A stretch of 63,766 bases of DNA, the filler included, from Ministeria vibrans ATCC 50519 (Eukaryota; Protista; Filasterea), in NCBI GenBank assembly GCA_943704425.1. It is 8 parts of 8 records of this genome, joined end to end, with 100 filler letters (N's around TTAATTAATTAA, not from the genome) between each part and the next. Parts side by side here need not be neighbours in the genome. Positions count along the whole stretch, not along the records: positions 17,904 to 33,472 come from CALSCP010001435.1; positions 33,573 to 38,997 come from CALSCP010001392.1; 6 more parts are not named here. One strand, given 5' to 3'. Positions 22,190 to 36,700 of the stretch are shown piece after piece. Each line of letters opens with the position of its first letter. The first letter of the stretch is position 1. The notes beneath the pieces were generated by a model. The model was not told the DNA's origin, searched no databases, and was given only the letters and a program-made list of their open reading frames with translations. The position numbers and the translations under genes were made by a program.

Positions 22190-25100
22190 ATGTCATCTGA
22201 CGGGTATGCCTGCGACGATCCCCCCTCTTTGACCTTCTTCACTGTGCTGATATCACCTCCGTGCCTCATATTACTTTCCTCTAGACGACAACGACCAACA
22301 CGCAAACGCAAACGACTCCTTCACGACGCAGACGACAGCGCCAGACCCGGTGCGAGAGCCGCATCGGGAGCTCGACCATCATCACCACCGCCATCATCAG
22401 CATCATCTCCGATGGCGGCAGCAGGCGCTGTCGAGCCTGCATCGCTGATGGAGGGCGGAATTGGCGGTTGGTCGCGCGCGCGTCTTGCTGTCGTCGCCAA
22501 CCGCTTCTTCAAGTACAGCGGTCGCTGGCAATCCATCTACATGGACCCTGCCGTTCAGTGCGTTCTTCCGTCCGCCGCCACGTCGAAGCATGCCGTCCAA
22601 ATCTCGTTTTACCGTTGGCGCAAACTCGATCCCATCGTCGAGAATATCGCCAGCGTAATTGTTTTTCGTTTCTTTTGTCGAGATCTTTCTGATAGTGTCA
22701 TCTTAGGGAATGATTTCGGGGCGTGAGTTCATGGTTGAGAATGGCACGGACTTTGGCTTGTTTGAGGGCAGCGACACGATCATTCCGACACTCAACTTCA
22801 CCATGATCGCGTACAATGAGCCGCGCAGACGCAAGAGCATGGGCTCCAAGCCGAGAAAGAGCGTCACCACAACCGAAAAGGATGTAGCCGCAGCAGCAGC
22901 AGCCGCAGCAGCAGCAGCAACAACAACCACAGCAACAGGGTCAACGGCGAGAACGGGACGCAAAGGGAAGACAGCCAAAAAGGCCAAGGGGAAGCAGCAA
23001 CTAAAGCGCACTGCATCACGCGACGATGACGACGACGGCGACAACAACAACAACAACCACGGCGAGCACCATGAAGAAGGAGCGACTAGTAGCACGAGTG
23101 TCGAAGAGATTCCAGTGTACCACGGACCACACAGTGATGAGACGGGTCTCAAACACGGACTCGGTCGGTACGTTCGAAATCGAAAAGTTGTACACTAACA
23201 ATGTTTGTATGTTGTATTGTGTTCAGACTGACTTGGCCCTCGACTGGAGTGATGTTTGAAGGGCAATTTGTGAATGGCGTCAAGTGTGGTCCGGGAAAAT
23301 TTAACTTTCAGGACAATAGTGATTTTGCGGGAATTTTCAGAGACGTTAGTAACAACTATGAGAAAAGAAAAAACGACGAGAGCAAGAGAAGAGAAGAGAA
23401 GAGAAGAGAAAAGAAGAGAGAGAGAAAGAGAGAGAGAGAGAAAGGAAGCACGAGAGGAGGGAGAAGGAAAAAAAGTGATTGCGTGAGAGTGAAAAAGAGA
23501 AAGAGAAGTGTGTTGATCGTATGGCAATTTTGTGTGTGCGTAGGATGAAATGAATGGGCCTGGAACATACCGATTTGCCGATGGATCACGATTGGAAGGG
23601 GAGTTTACGGATGGAGAACTCAACGGATTGGTAGGGAATCAGAGAGGAGCGTGTGTGAGTGTGCGTATAATTTTTTTTTGTTAGGCTCGCGAGTTCAATG
23701 AGAAGGGACATCTTTTGAATGAGGGGCAATATCGAATGGGGAAACGAGTTGGAAACTGGACCTTTTTCTATCCGTGCGGAGGACGGGTTGTGGGGCGAGT
23801 GAGTGCAGAGAGTGGGAATGTGACGAGTGTGAGTCAGATGAGTGAGAGTGAGCGAGAAGAGGAAGGAGAAGGGGAGCGGGATGGAATGGCTCTGTATTTG
23901 TATCCCGATATCAAATGTGGGCTGGTGGGCGAATGGAAAGATGGGGTCATGCTCAAGGTACAATTATTTTTATTTTGGAAATCGCAGATTTGATACTAGT
24001 ATAATTATAATTATTAATGTTATTAAATGGGTTGTATTCTTCTTCTTCTTCATGNNNNNNNNNNNNNNNNNNNNNNNNNNNNNNNNNNNNNNNNNNNNNN
24101 NNNNNNNNNNNNNNNNNNNNNNNNNNNNNNNNNNNNNNNNNNNNNNNNNNNNNNNNNNNNNNNNNNNTAATGTATCATTAATAAATGGGTTGTATTCTTC
24201 TTCTTCTAATTATTAATGTTATTTAATTATTATTAATTATAGGCCAAGTTTGCCCTTGTGAGTGTGACTGACTCTGGTGCAATTAAGAGCATTGTGAGTG
24301 ACAGTCCGAACGCAGTAAGATGAAAAAAGGAAGGGGAGCAGTAATGTTAACACAATGGCTTTCTTTTTAGTACTCCTTTGATGCGCCGACTGACGTTTCA
24401 CCCTCAGACACACCCCTCCTACGTGATCCATTTGAGGTATAAACCAAAATGATAATAAAACGATCCAGATTACAACTTTAAAGTGTCTATATGTACGTGT
24501 AGACTCGTCATGTGGAGGTACGACCGTCAACGATTGCCAATGGAGGTGAAGGGCTGTTTATGCTCCACAGCGCGAGTGCGGGTGATGTTGTTGCGTTCTA
24601 CTCGGGTGTGCGGTTGACGCATGACACAGTTGATGGTCGGTCGTGGGATGAAAATGCCAATGCACTTTCACTTGACGACGACGAAGTGATTGATGTGCCA
24701 CCGCCCTTTGATCGCACGGATGTCTATTGCGCCTCTTTGGGTCACAAAGTACTTTATTCTCGCACTAGAGATCTCGAGACTCCATTGTAAATTTTTTCTC
24801 TCTCTCTGTTTGTCTGTGTCTTTCCGTCAGGTGAACCATTCGCACTACGCAAGCAATGCAGAGTATTGGCCGTCGTACCATCCACGATTTGGCGCCTGCA
24901 AGTGCATTCGTCTCACGCGCTCTGTCGAGTCTGGTCAAGAAATTCTGGTCAACTACGGGTCAGTGAATCGTCTGTGTGTCGCGTTCTCTGACACACTCAT
25001 GTATACATACGCATTGTCGAGTAGGTATGACACAGGCCATGGCGCACCCGATTGGTACACCACGAGCAAAGAGACGGAACCGCACGCGGAGTCTCCTCCA

Positions 25101-25223
25101 TCGCACACGAGACCCTCACCCGCCCCGGCAGAGTCTCTGAGTGGCATTGTGCAGAGCACCACTGTTGCTGCAAGAGACGCCATTGCCGAGGCAACTCACT
25201 CGTCCCTCAATGCATCTCCTTGA
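22190..25223 (+). CDS. SETD7: SETD7 (SET7/9)-like lysine methyltransferase: N-terminal extension, MORN repeats, SET domain; multi-exon, spans an N gap
   Basis: MORN repeats (GLKHGLG, FEGQFVNGVKCGPG, YEGQYRMGKRVG), ALYLYPD, GEGLF...VAFYSGVR, YCASLGHK-VNHS...HPRFGACKCIR...EILVNYG-YD...APDWY as in SETD7. Confidence 0.88.
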
Positions 25224-25300
25224 CAAGATACATTATTTCATTAAAGAAAGAGTCGATTTTGTGTGTATTTTTTATTTTGCTCTTCCAACGTTATCATTCT

Positions 25301-27624
<2,324 letters not shown>

Positions 27625-27909
27625 TGTAAAAAAAAAAGTAACTTTTAAATTTTGAAATTTGATCGATTGAAGAAAAATTATAGAGAATCGAGGTGGAATC
27701 TTGATGTGTACTTAAAACAAGACATTATACAAGCAAAGTGCAGCACAATACAGTCATGAGTCAATACTTGATATTTCCGCCGTAGACTGTAGAGTCGTAG
27801 ACTTCTAGACGAGAACACGACGAGAATTTTGATTGAGTTTCTTGTGAGATCAAATTAATTTAATTTGTCTCACCGTCTTTATATCTTTGCACCTTAATAC
27901 GTCATCACC

Positions 27910-30159
27910 ATGACCACTGCACGCCCCCTTCTGATGATCCCTGGACCCATTGAGCTGCACGAAAGTGTACGCACCGCGCTGGCACAGCCGACGGTAAGAT
28001 CCGGATGACATCGCAAAGGTGACGATTCGTTGACGCACTGAACTTCAGCTGAACCACGTCGATCCGGAGCTCATTTCCAACATGAGCTACTGCCTGAAGA
28101 GCATGCGCGAGGTCTTCCGCTCGCCCAAGGGCCAGCCCTTCCTGCTGACGGCGAGCGGCTCGTTTGGATGGGAAGTGGCCGCCAGCAATCTTGTCCGCCC
28201 TGGCGACAACGTTGCCGTCATCTCCACCGGCTTCTTCGGCGACAGGCTTGCTCTGTGGTATGCCTTCCATCACCGGAGAGCGAGATCGGCACACATACAC
28301 ACACGTTTGGGGTTTAAAAGTGCGTTTTTTTTTTCTCTCGTTTTCTTCTTCTTTCAGTCTTGAAGCGCACAGTCTTCACGTCCACCGCTTCAACACCGTG
28401 CCTGGCACGCACCCAGCCGACCAAGAGATCGTCGACTTTCTCTCCCGTGTGCCCCGCTGTCGAATGGTGACCCTCACGCACGTCGACACGAGCACAGCCG
28501 TTCTCCTCAACCTCAAGCGCCTTTCCCTGATCATTCAACGGTAATCCACAATAATGATAACTTTTTTTTTTTTTGATTATTAATTTTTTGTCTGTCTCAC
28601 TTTTTTTTTCTTCTTTCTTTTCTTTGGCGTAGTGTTGCCCCTGATGCGCTTATTATGGTCGATGGAGTGTGTTCTGTTGGTGCAGAGGACCTTGAAATGG
28701 ACAATTGGGGGTAGATTGAAAAAAAGACACAGAGACCAATTGCAATGATAGTAATAATTATTATATTCTGTTCTTGTTATTTTCTCAGACTTGATTTTGT
28801 GGTGACGTGCTCACAAAAGGCACTAGGAGGTCCCTGTGGCTTGTGCCCGATTATGGTCTCTCCACGCGCACTGGTAACCCCACAAAAGAAACGAACCATC
28901 ACCCTAACCCTAACCCTAACCCTAGACCCGTGCCCTCGCCCACCCTCCCTCCGCCTACTACGCCTCTCTCTCCCATTGGCTTCCCATCATGACTGCCTAT
29001 GAGAATTGCTCTCCTTCTTACTTTGCCACTCCCGCGTGTCAGGCAATTATGGCGCTCGCAAAATCCTTCCAATTTATCCTCAAAGGTATAAAAATTAATA
29101 TACAATAATATAATTATTAATAATAATAATAATAATAATTATTATTATTTTTTTTCTTCCTTTTTTCTTTCTTATTATTAATATTCATGTTTGGGGATTT
29201 AGATGGAATTGTATCGTATCAACAGAAACACAAAATGACACGAAAGCGGATTCAGTACGGTTTTTCTTTTTCTTTGAAAGAACAATAGCCCATCAAGCTA
29301 ACAACTTTCGTTAACCATTTTATTTCTCGAGTACTAATATAAATTTGGTGTTTTTTTTTCTCTCCTCTCTTTGTGTGAAGGACTGTTTTGAGTGCAATGC
29401 AATTGAGTGAAATTCCCGACAGAGAATTCAGTTCAAATGCGCTCAGTGCAATTTGTTTGCCCAAAAACATTACGTAATAAAATAAGAACAATAATAAAAA
29501 ACCAATCGACTTTTGACACTGTTTTTCGTCGTTTATAGGAATGCGCAACTGTTGCCATTGGTTCGCTCCAAAGGAGCGATTTTGGCAAGTGGATTACACC
29601 CAGACCTGAAAACGACGTATTTCCGAGTGGGACATATGGGAGTGAGTGCAGTGGAACCGGAGCGGTAAGAGTGAGCAATTTTGAGTTAGGCTCAGGGTTG
29701 GGGTCGCGTTTTGTTTTGTTTATTTTTTCTTTTGTTTTTGGGCCTTATTTGATATTATTTTCGGGTTGTCTTTGTTGTCGTTGTGAGAAAGTGTTTCAGT
29801 TTACTTTTTAAGGTTGTTATTGGTTCATGTCGTTTTTTTTCTTTCTTGTTCAATGTTTGCTAATAGTATTCTCTTTTGTTTTGTGTTTCTTTGTGAATGT
29901 TGTGTGTGATGAGTATCGCGTTGTATTCCAAGTGGGCCTCATAAGTTGCTTGAGTATGTGTACAACGTCTGAATACTATTGTCTAGTTTATGTGTCGTTC
30001 ACTATTCGAGTTCGTGGACTAAATTATTTTCGTTGTTGTTGTAGGAAACACATTGAAGTGACATTTAGTGCTCTCGAAGGCGCCCTCATTGAATTGGGTT
30101 ATCCCATTCAAAAAGGCACTGCGCTTTCCGCCCTCAAATCTTTTTCTTCCAAACTCTAA
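27910..30159 (+). CDS. Alanine-glyoxylate aminotransferase (class V PLP enzyme, fungal AGX1-like) with C-terminal SKL peroxisomal signal
   Basis: LLMIPGPIE, THVDTST, VDGVCSVG, CSQKALG (PLP lysine), YFATP, YFRVGHMG; the spliced last exon ends FSSKL*. Confidence 0.9.
29770..29980. repeat. Second copy of the dispersed repeat also seen at ~17560-17795, inside the last aminotransferase intron
   Basis: 49/54 identity over the GTATTC...GAATAC core plus weaker upstream similarity; degenerate TTAGGG-like run at ~29684-29704. Confidence 0.75.
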
Positions 30160-30309
30160 AGTTATTTAGTACAAACGTCTCTTTTTATTCTATTTGTTGT
30201 ATTGTGAATTGTTCGTTTTTTGTTTTTATTTTAGAGGAAAGAAGAAAAACTCGTTTCGAGTTGTTACAGAAAAAGAGGAAAAGAAAATGACAAGAAAAAA
30301 AATCGATTC

Positions 30310-31299
30310 TCAACAAAACTGTAGAAAAGAAAAAGACAAGGAATCAGAAAAACATGAGACAATTAAAAACAGAGAATGGAGAGTAAGGAAGAAAGAAACG
30401 AAATGGTAGAAAGAGAGAGAGAGAGAGACGTGAAAGATATAAGAAAAAGAACAACTTATAAAAATTGTGTATGTGTGTGTTGTTTTTGTACCGTTTTGAG
30501 AAACTCCTCAGCGCAAATTCGAGCACGCGCATTGAGCGTCAGCTTCATTTCACTGATCTCCTTGTCAATATCTTCCATAAACTGCACGACAAAATCGACC
30601 AGTTTGTGCTTGAACATTTGTTCAGTGTGGAAATTTGTGATGAGAAAGGAAATGTCGTAACCGTCGACGGGACGGCGACGCAAAATGAAAAAGTTTTCGG
30701 CGCGCATCATGATAAAGCGCATAAACTTCTTGCACAGGATCTTTTCGATCTCGTCTGCCTGTTTGATTGCAATGCTAAGAGAGAGAAAAAAAAGAACAGA
30801 GAAAAGAGAATAGAGAGAAAAGAGGAAAGAGAGAAAGTGTTAGACAGAAGGAACGTTTGTGTGTGTGTATGTGCGAGAGTAAGAGTGACCAAATTGCGTG
30901 TGCTTTTCTTATATATAGTTATATATATATTATATACCTGACACGCACAGAGTTGATGGACGTCTCGATGAGCACTCGCTCGCTTGCATTACGCGCAATG
31001 TGGAGGGGTGTCATGACAACCTCGGGAGTAGAGCTACACAATTACAGAGAGACACGCACACACACGCACACACACAGCCATACGTTAGTTCCGTCTCTGA
31101 TATGATGTTGTATATTATATATATATATGTGTGTGTCTTATAGTGAGTGAGTGTGTGTTGGTCCGTACTTCATTTCCACTTCGGGTTTGTTATGTCGCTC
31201 AACGAGCTGTGAGCTAAAGTTCTCCAGGCACATGGCCGCTGATAAGGTCGATCGTACCGCATTGAGGTACGGCTTCAGAGTGTTCGACTAAATGACAAA

Positions 31300-31330
<31 letters not shown>

Positions 31331-31779
31331 TGAGAGGAAAAGGTGAGACAAAAAAATCGCTCATTGCGTTTGCATGACGGTCTCCTGCTCAGCAGTGCCC
31401 CGCAGCAGGAGTCAGGGGATGCCAGATGGAGGCAGGGATGCTGCAGCGGGGCCGCCACAGGGCCTTAGCGAGCTAGAGCGACACAGTGAATGTCTTCGCA
31501 AGTTTTTTTTTTCTTTCTCTTCCTTGACAAAAAAAAACGCCAAAACGGAGGCAAGAGACGGCACTTGGAGCGTGGGGGATCCAACAAAGACATGGGTGTA
31601 GCGTGACGCAAGGGCGGAGTGGACGGCGCAAGCGGAGATGCGATGGAGAGAGCACAATTTCCGAAAAAGACAGTGAAGGCACATCCCGCAAAAAACGAAG
31701 AGAAGGGATCGTTAGGGTGTGGTCACCCAGGGGTGTTGGTCGGTGCACCCTGGGAGTGGGGATGAGACACACTTACCAT
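30310..31779 (-). CDS. ARPC4: Arp2/3 complex subunit 4 (p20-Arc)
   Basis: ATG-only first coding exon (31779-31777, then gtaagt), then [15 protein letters not shown]...[53 protein letters not shown]; short last exon FC*. Confidence 0.96.
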
Positions 31780-32029
31780 TTTGTAAAGAGAGAGACTAAA
31801 AGTGTGTATATTCACTATAATTATGTGATCACTGATCAAAACGTCAAGTGAGTGATCCGTGAAGCTGTGAGGCGAGTCAAGCTGTCAGGCAAGTGCGGAA
31901 TGTGCTGATCGTGCTCGCCTGCTGACACGCCTGGTACCTGACTGGGTGTTACGTTTAAAATCGAATTGTAAATCATCACATAAACATTATTTACATTACA
32001 TTTTCTTACTCTGTGACGAATTGAACACC

Positions 32030-32238
32030 ATGTCGGAGGGAGATGTGTTTGAAGTGGTGCTGAGCCGACCGGCGGGCGGTGGGTTTGGGTTTGGGCTGAT
32101 GGGCGGTCACAACAACTCGCCAGACGGACGAATCGTCATCAGCCAGCTCGTGCCCGACATGCCTGCCGCAGCCTGTGGCCAAATCAAGGTATCCCGCTGC
32201 AAAGCACACCCACACGACCACTTTTTTTTTTCCTTCCG

Positions 32239-32282
<44 letters not shown>

Positions 32283-33312
32283 TGTTTTGTTTGTCTCATC
32301 TCCAGTCGCATTGTCGTGTTGCAGACCGGCTACCAGATTCTGCAGATCAACGGCCAAGACATGGATGGGGTGGAGCACGGGGCGGCGGTGGGGCTAATCA
32401 AGAGCTCGGGAACAACGGTCAAACTGCGTCTGAAGGTGGCAGCAGCGCCTGTCTTTGTGAAGAAGTCGAAGAAGTCGTCGGCGAAGCGCAAGGAGGCGGC
32501 GGCCAAGGCTGAGGCGGCGAAGAAGGCCGACCCGGTCGAGGAGGAACCGAAGAAAGAGGCGGTCGAGGCGCAGGAGGCGCAGGGGGAGAAGGGGTCGGCA
32601 TCTGCCGCTGCTGAGACGGAGACGAAGGCGGAGGAGAAGAAGGAGGAGAAGAAGGAGGAGAAGAAGGAGGAGGAGGCTGCTGTTGTGGCGGAGAAGGACG
32701 AGAAGAAAGAAGAGCCTGTCGTTGAAGAGAAGGCTGAGGAGAAGAAGGAAGAGCCTGCTGCTGCTGCTGCGGCGGCGGTGGTGGAGGAGATGAAGGAAGA
32801 GCCTGTTGCTGCGGAGAAGAAGGAAGAGCCTGTTGCTGCGGTGGTGGAGGAGAAGAAGGAGGAGCCTGTTGCGGTGGAGAAGACGGAAGAGCCTGTTGCT
32901 GCGGAGAAGAAGGAAGAGCCTGTTGCTGCGGAGAAGACGGAAGAACCTGTTGCTGCGGAGAAGAAGGAAGAGCCTGTTGCTGCGGTGGTGGAGGAGAAGA
33001 AGGAGGAGCCCACGGTTGCTGTTGCTCCTGCTGCGGAAGCCAAGGCCGAGGAGAAGAACGCGGAACCTGCTGCTGCTGCAACACCCACCGACGATTCAAG
33101 CAGTAGTACGTATCAAGCTATTGAAGTGTTATCCCTCAACAATAACCTTTTTTTTGTGTGTCTTTTTCACAGGCCTTGTAACTGTGTCGATGTCACGCGA
33201 AAACGGACAAACATGGGGCTTTACCATTTTGGGAGGGATTGAAAGTGGCACTGAACTGAGCATTGGTAGTATTGTTGCCGGGACAGTTGCACATAAAGCG
33301 GGTCTGCTTCAA
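32030..33312 (+). CDS. Multi-PDZ protein with an E/K/A-rich repetitive linker, 3' truncated
   Basis: PDZ1 VLSRPAGGGFGFGLMGG...ILQINGQDMDGVEHGAAVGLIK; (EEKKEEPVAA)n spacer; PDZ2 SRENGQTWGFTILGG...GTVAHKAGL. Confidence 0.85.
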
Positions 33313-33381
33313 GTAAGAGAGAGAGAGTTCAAGAGAGAGTTCAAGAGAGAGAGAGAGTTCAAGTAAGGGAGAGAGAGAGTT

Positions 33382-33472
<91 letters not shown>

Positions 33473-33726
33473 NNNNNNNNNNNNNNNNNNNNNNNNNNNN
33501 NNNNNNNNNNNNNNNNTTAATTAATTAANNNNNNNNNNNNNNNNNNNNNNNNNNNNNNNNNNNNNNNNNNNNTGAAACCTAAAAAAAAAAAAAAAAGAAA
33601 CGCAACGAAACGAGCCTATAACTTATTAGTGTACTTAAGTTTCCCTTGGCAAGGTCGCGGAGACAAGAGGCTTGATTTTCACAGCGCACCCAAACGGAAC
33701 AAAACAAGGTTTGTTTATTGCTCTTT

Positions 33727-36700
33727 TTACATGTATGTGTACAGAATATCGGACAGAATGACATTGGCAATGGCAATTTCAGCGCCAATTTCACAGTAGA
33801 AGTCGGCCGACTCAAGAATGTTATGGAGAAACGCATCGCGCAGATCGTGGCGTACAACCTCGTAGGCAACCATAGCAATAAGGGGAACAAAGTAGACTAC
33901 AAGGAAGATATTGTAGTGCAGGCCAATGCGACGCAGCGGCGCACTGACACACACAAGAATGGGTGCAAACCAGAAGATGAGGATGAGAGTGGCGCAGACG
34001 GCATCGCCTAGAAGCTGATAGTACACAATCACAGGGAGCGCCGTAATGATGGGCGTCAGCAGACTGGAAAATTGGAAGACGAGCAGCACGTTGTGTGCGC
34101 GCAGCTCAAACAGAAGCCGGTGCCCTTTCTCCTCATCATTCTCCTTCTTGTGCAAAAGTGGTGTGCACTCGCTCACTCCCACCTCCCCTTCGTCACCCTC
34201 TTCTTCTTCTTCTCCTCTTCCTCCTTCTGTTCCACAGTCAAGTGTCACCACCTCATTACTGCTGTTGATATTGAGGGAAGGACTAGTCACAAAAAGCGCA
34301 CTCCTACGCAGTTTCGCCTCCGATATCATTTCACCACTAATATTCACCATGGGCCCTTGGTCGCTGCTGGTGCGTCGTCTGCGCTTGTCCCCCTCTTGCT
34401 TCTCCTGCCCTTCGCTGCTGCTGCTGCTGCTGCTGCTGCCCAGGAGCTGCAGTCGCATGTAGCCGTCGGTCAGAATGAGTTTGGCGGCGCGCACAAGTGC
34501 CGGTGCGACTGCAATGAGAATTGGCAGAAGGGACAGCGTAAAAAGACTCGCACAGAAAATACCCACAATGTCTCCCGAGACAAGGTCCACGGCATTGTTG
34601 AACTCAGGCGCACACTGGGGACAGATGAGATTGACGTGGGTGGCGCGCAGGTAGTTGGGAAGGGCCGTCGAGACAACGCCACAGTACATGCTGATGAGGG
34701 CGGTAAAGCCAAGTGCTCGGCTGAGGCGCAGACCGCGCTTGTTGCGAATGCGAATATCACACACGGCTGAGGCACACAGCAGAGTAAAGCCGCCAAAGAG
34801 AAACGCCCATTCAATCCATCGTGCCACGCCATACAAATGAAAAGCATCGTCAAAGATGGTTCCGCCATTGTCTGCGTCGGGCCACACTATGCCGACATTG
34901 AGCGACGCCAAAAAGGCCACAACCTGCTCCTTGACTGACTCCGATGCGTATAGAGCCATTTCGCTGAAGACCAGGTAGCCATTCAAAATTATGCCCACCA
35001 GGAGAAACACACGGCGGTAGGGCAAGCGACTCCCATAGCGATGAGGCATTTCGCGTTCCCGACGCTCCGTGAGCCACCACCAGAACTGATCAATATGTAG
35101 CGCATGCACAAAGCGCGAGGGGGCCGCTCGAACAGCTCCCCAACAGACGTTCCAGCAGCCACCGACATGGACAGCGGCCTGCAAACTTTGCACCATTCTC
35201 TCCTTGGCCTCCGTCTCCTCGCGTTCCATTTTTCCTTCCAGCTCCAACAGTGCGGCCCAGATGACTGCTGTGTCCGTTGTAGCATCCTCTTTGTCCGACA
35301 CAATCATCCTGGTCTGCTCTTGAATCGCCACAAAGCTATTCTGGATGGCCGTGAGCGACAGCGCATAGACAACCACTGCAGTTGTAACCACGAGAATGAG
35401 TGGGAAAATGGCATCGAGTTGGCGCATACTATGTTCCGCCCACAGCACATAGACGATTAGTCCGAGATAGTACACCAGAAAAAAGGTCATGTGGACGCCA
35501 ACGCCCCAACGCGATGTAAGAGCCTCGCTTGCAGCCGGCTTCTTGTCATCATCATCATCATTAGTATTGTTATCAACGGTGTCGTCGTCGGCAGCAACAC
35601 TTAGCGCAACAGCAGGGACCTCCTTCTGACCGGTAAGCCATCGTGCCAGTCGATGTTGGCGAGGGAACAGCATGGGCAGACCCACAAGTCCAATGCACAC
35701 CACCGAGCAAGTCCAAATGCCACCAAAAGCAACGGCCCACGCCACGGCAACCCCCATCGATTGGTAAATAATGACCACCTGAAGCGAGCAGGCGACGGGC
35801 ACAATGAACAGTGTGAGCACATTGACAATGCGCAGACGCGCAAAGAACACTGTACGAGAGTGCTTATTGGCCCATATCCGCACAGGTTCGCCCCACAGAA
35901 ACGACAACGTCGCCATGTACAGTCCAGGCTGGATGCCAGTCAGCACGAACAGCAACAGATTCGCCAAATAACTATAATAATAATAATAAACATACGTATC
36001 TTGTGTAAAATTTTCACTTCATTTGTTCGCTATTATAAGAATTATAATAATAATAATAATAATAATATAATTCTAAATATTTTTTGTTGCGACACCGAAG
36101 GCGTAACAAAATTTAATCACGCCTCTCTCAAAAATAAAATCAACTAAATTCTTTTCTTTTCAATATTATTAATTTTGGTTTTTTACCTGAAGGCAATTCC
36201 GGTGAATCCGTAACCAATGGTGTCTTGGAGTCCGCCGCCAATAGCGGGGTTCTGCGTGATGGAGCCATTGTGAGGCACAAGTGAGAGGGACGTATCAAAG
36301 GGTATGAAAAAGGAAGGGAGAAGGAGGACACTGAGTTGGACGACAATGGCAAATGCAAGGACAAGCAGACGCAAAGATTGCCAGCGACGCGGCGATGGAC
36401 GAACAGAGCAGGGACGCAGGCAAGTGACAAAGAGTAGCACCGCAGAGACAACACACGAGAGTACACGGCCGCCAAGGGACCACGACCAGAATTGCTTGTC
36501 AAGATTAGTGGCATTCACGTCGTCGCTGGTGAGTCCCAAATCACCCAACATAGTCGATGAAAAGTACGCAAAGGGATCTTCGACCCACCAGAGGGCAGCC
36601 TCGGTAGCAAACGCCACTGCCGCTAGTCCCACCAGTGCCGTCTGGACGGCCTCGTTGTCCACGGTCAAGTGTGTGTTGCGCCATGGTAACACAAACGTAA

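Noticed and set aside
29616-29640. Exonic GTATTTCCGAGTGGG resembling the repeat core (possible target-site homology)
   Set aside because: It encodes the conserved YFRVGH motif; a short match is plausibly chance.
29906-29976. Firm call of a C/D box snoRNA in the aminotransferase intron
   Set aside because: Box C is not conserved in the other copy (TGAGGA), homology extends well beyond the boxes, and I could not identify an rRNA-complementary guide. Kept only as an alternative in the repeat finding.
31007-31020. X-box-like TGTCATGACAAC in ARPC4
   Set aside because: Lies inside coding sequence of a non-ciliary gene.
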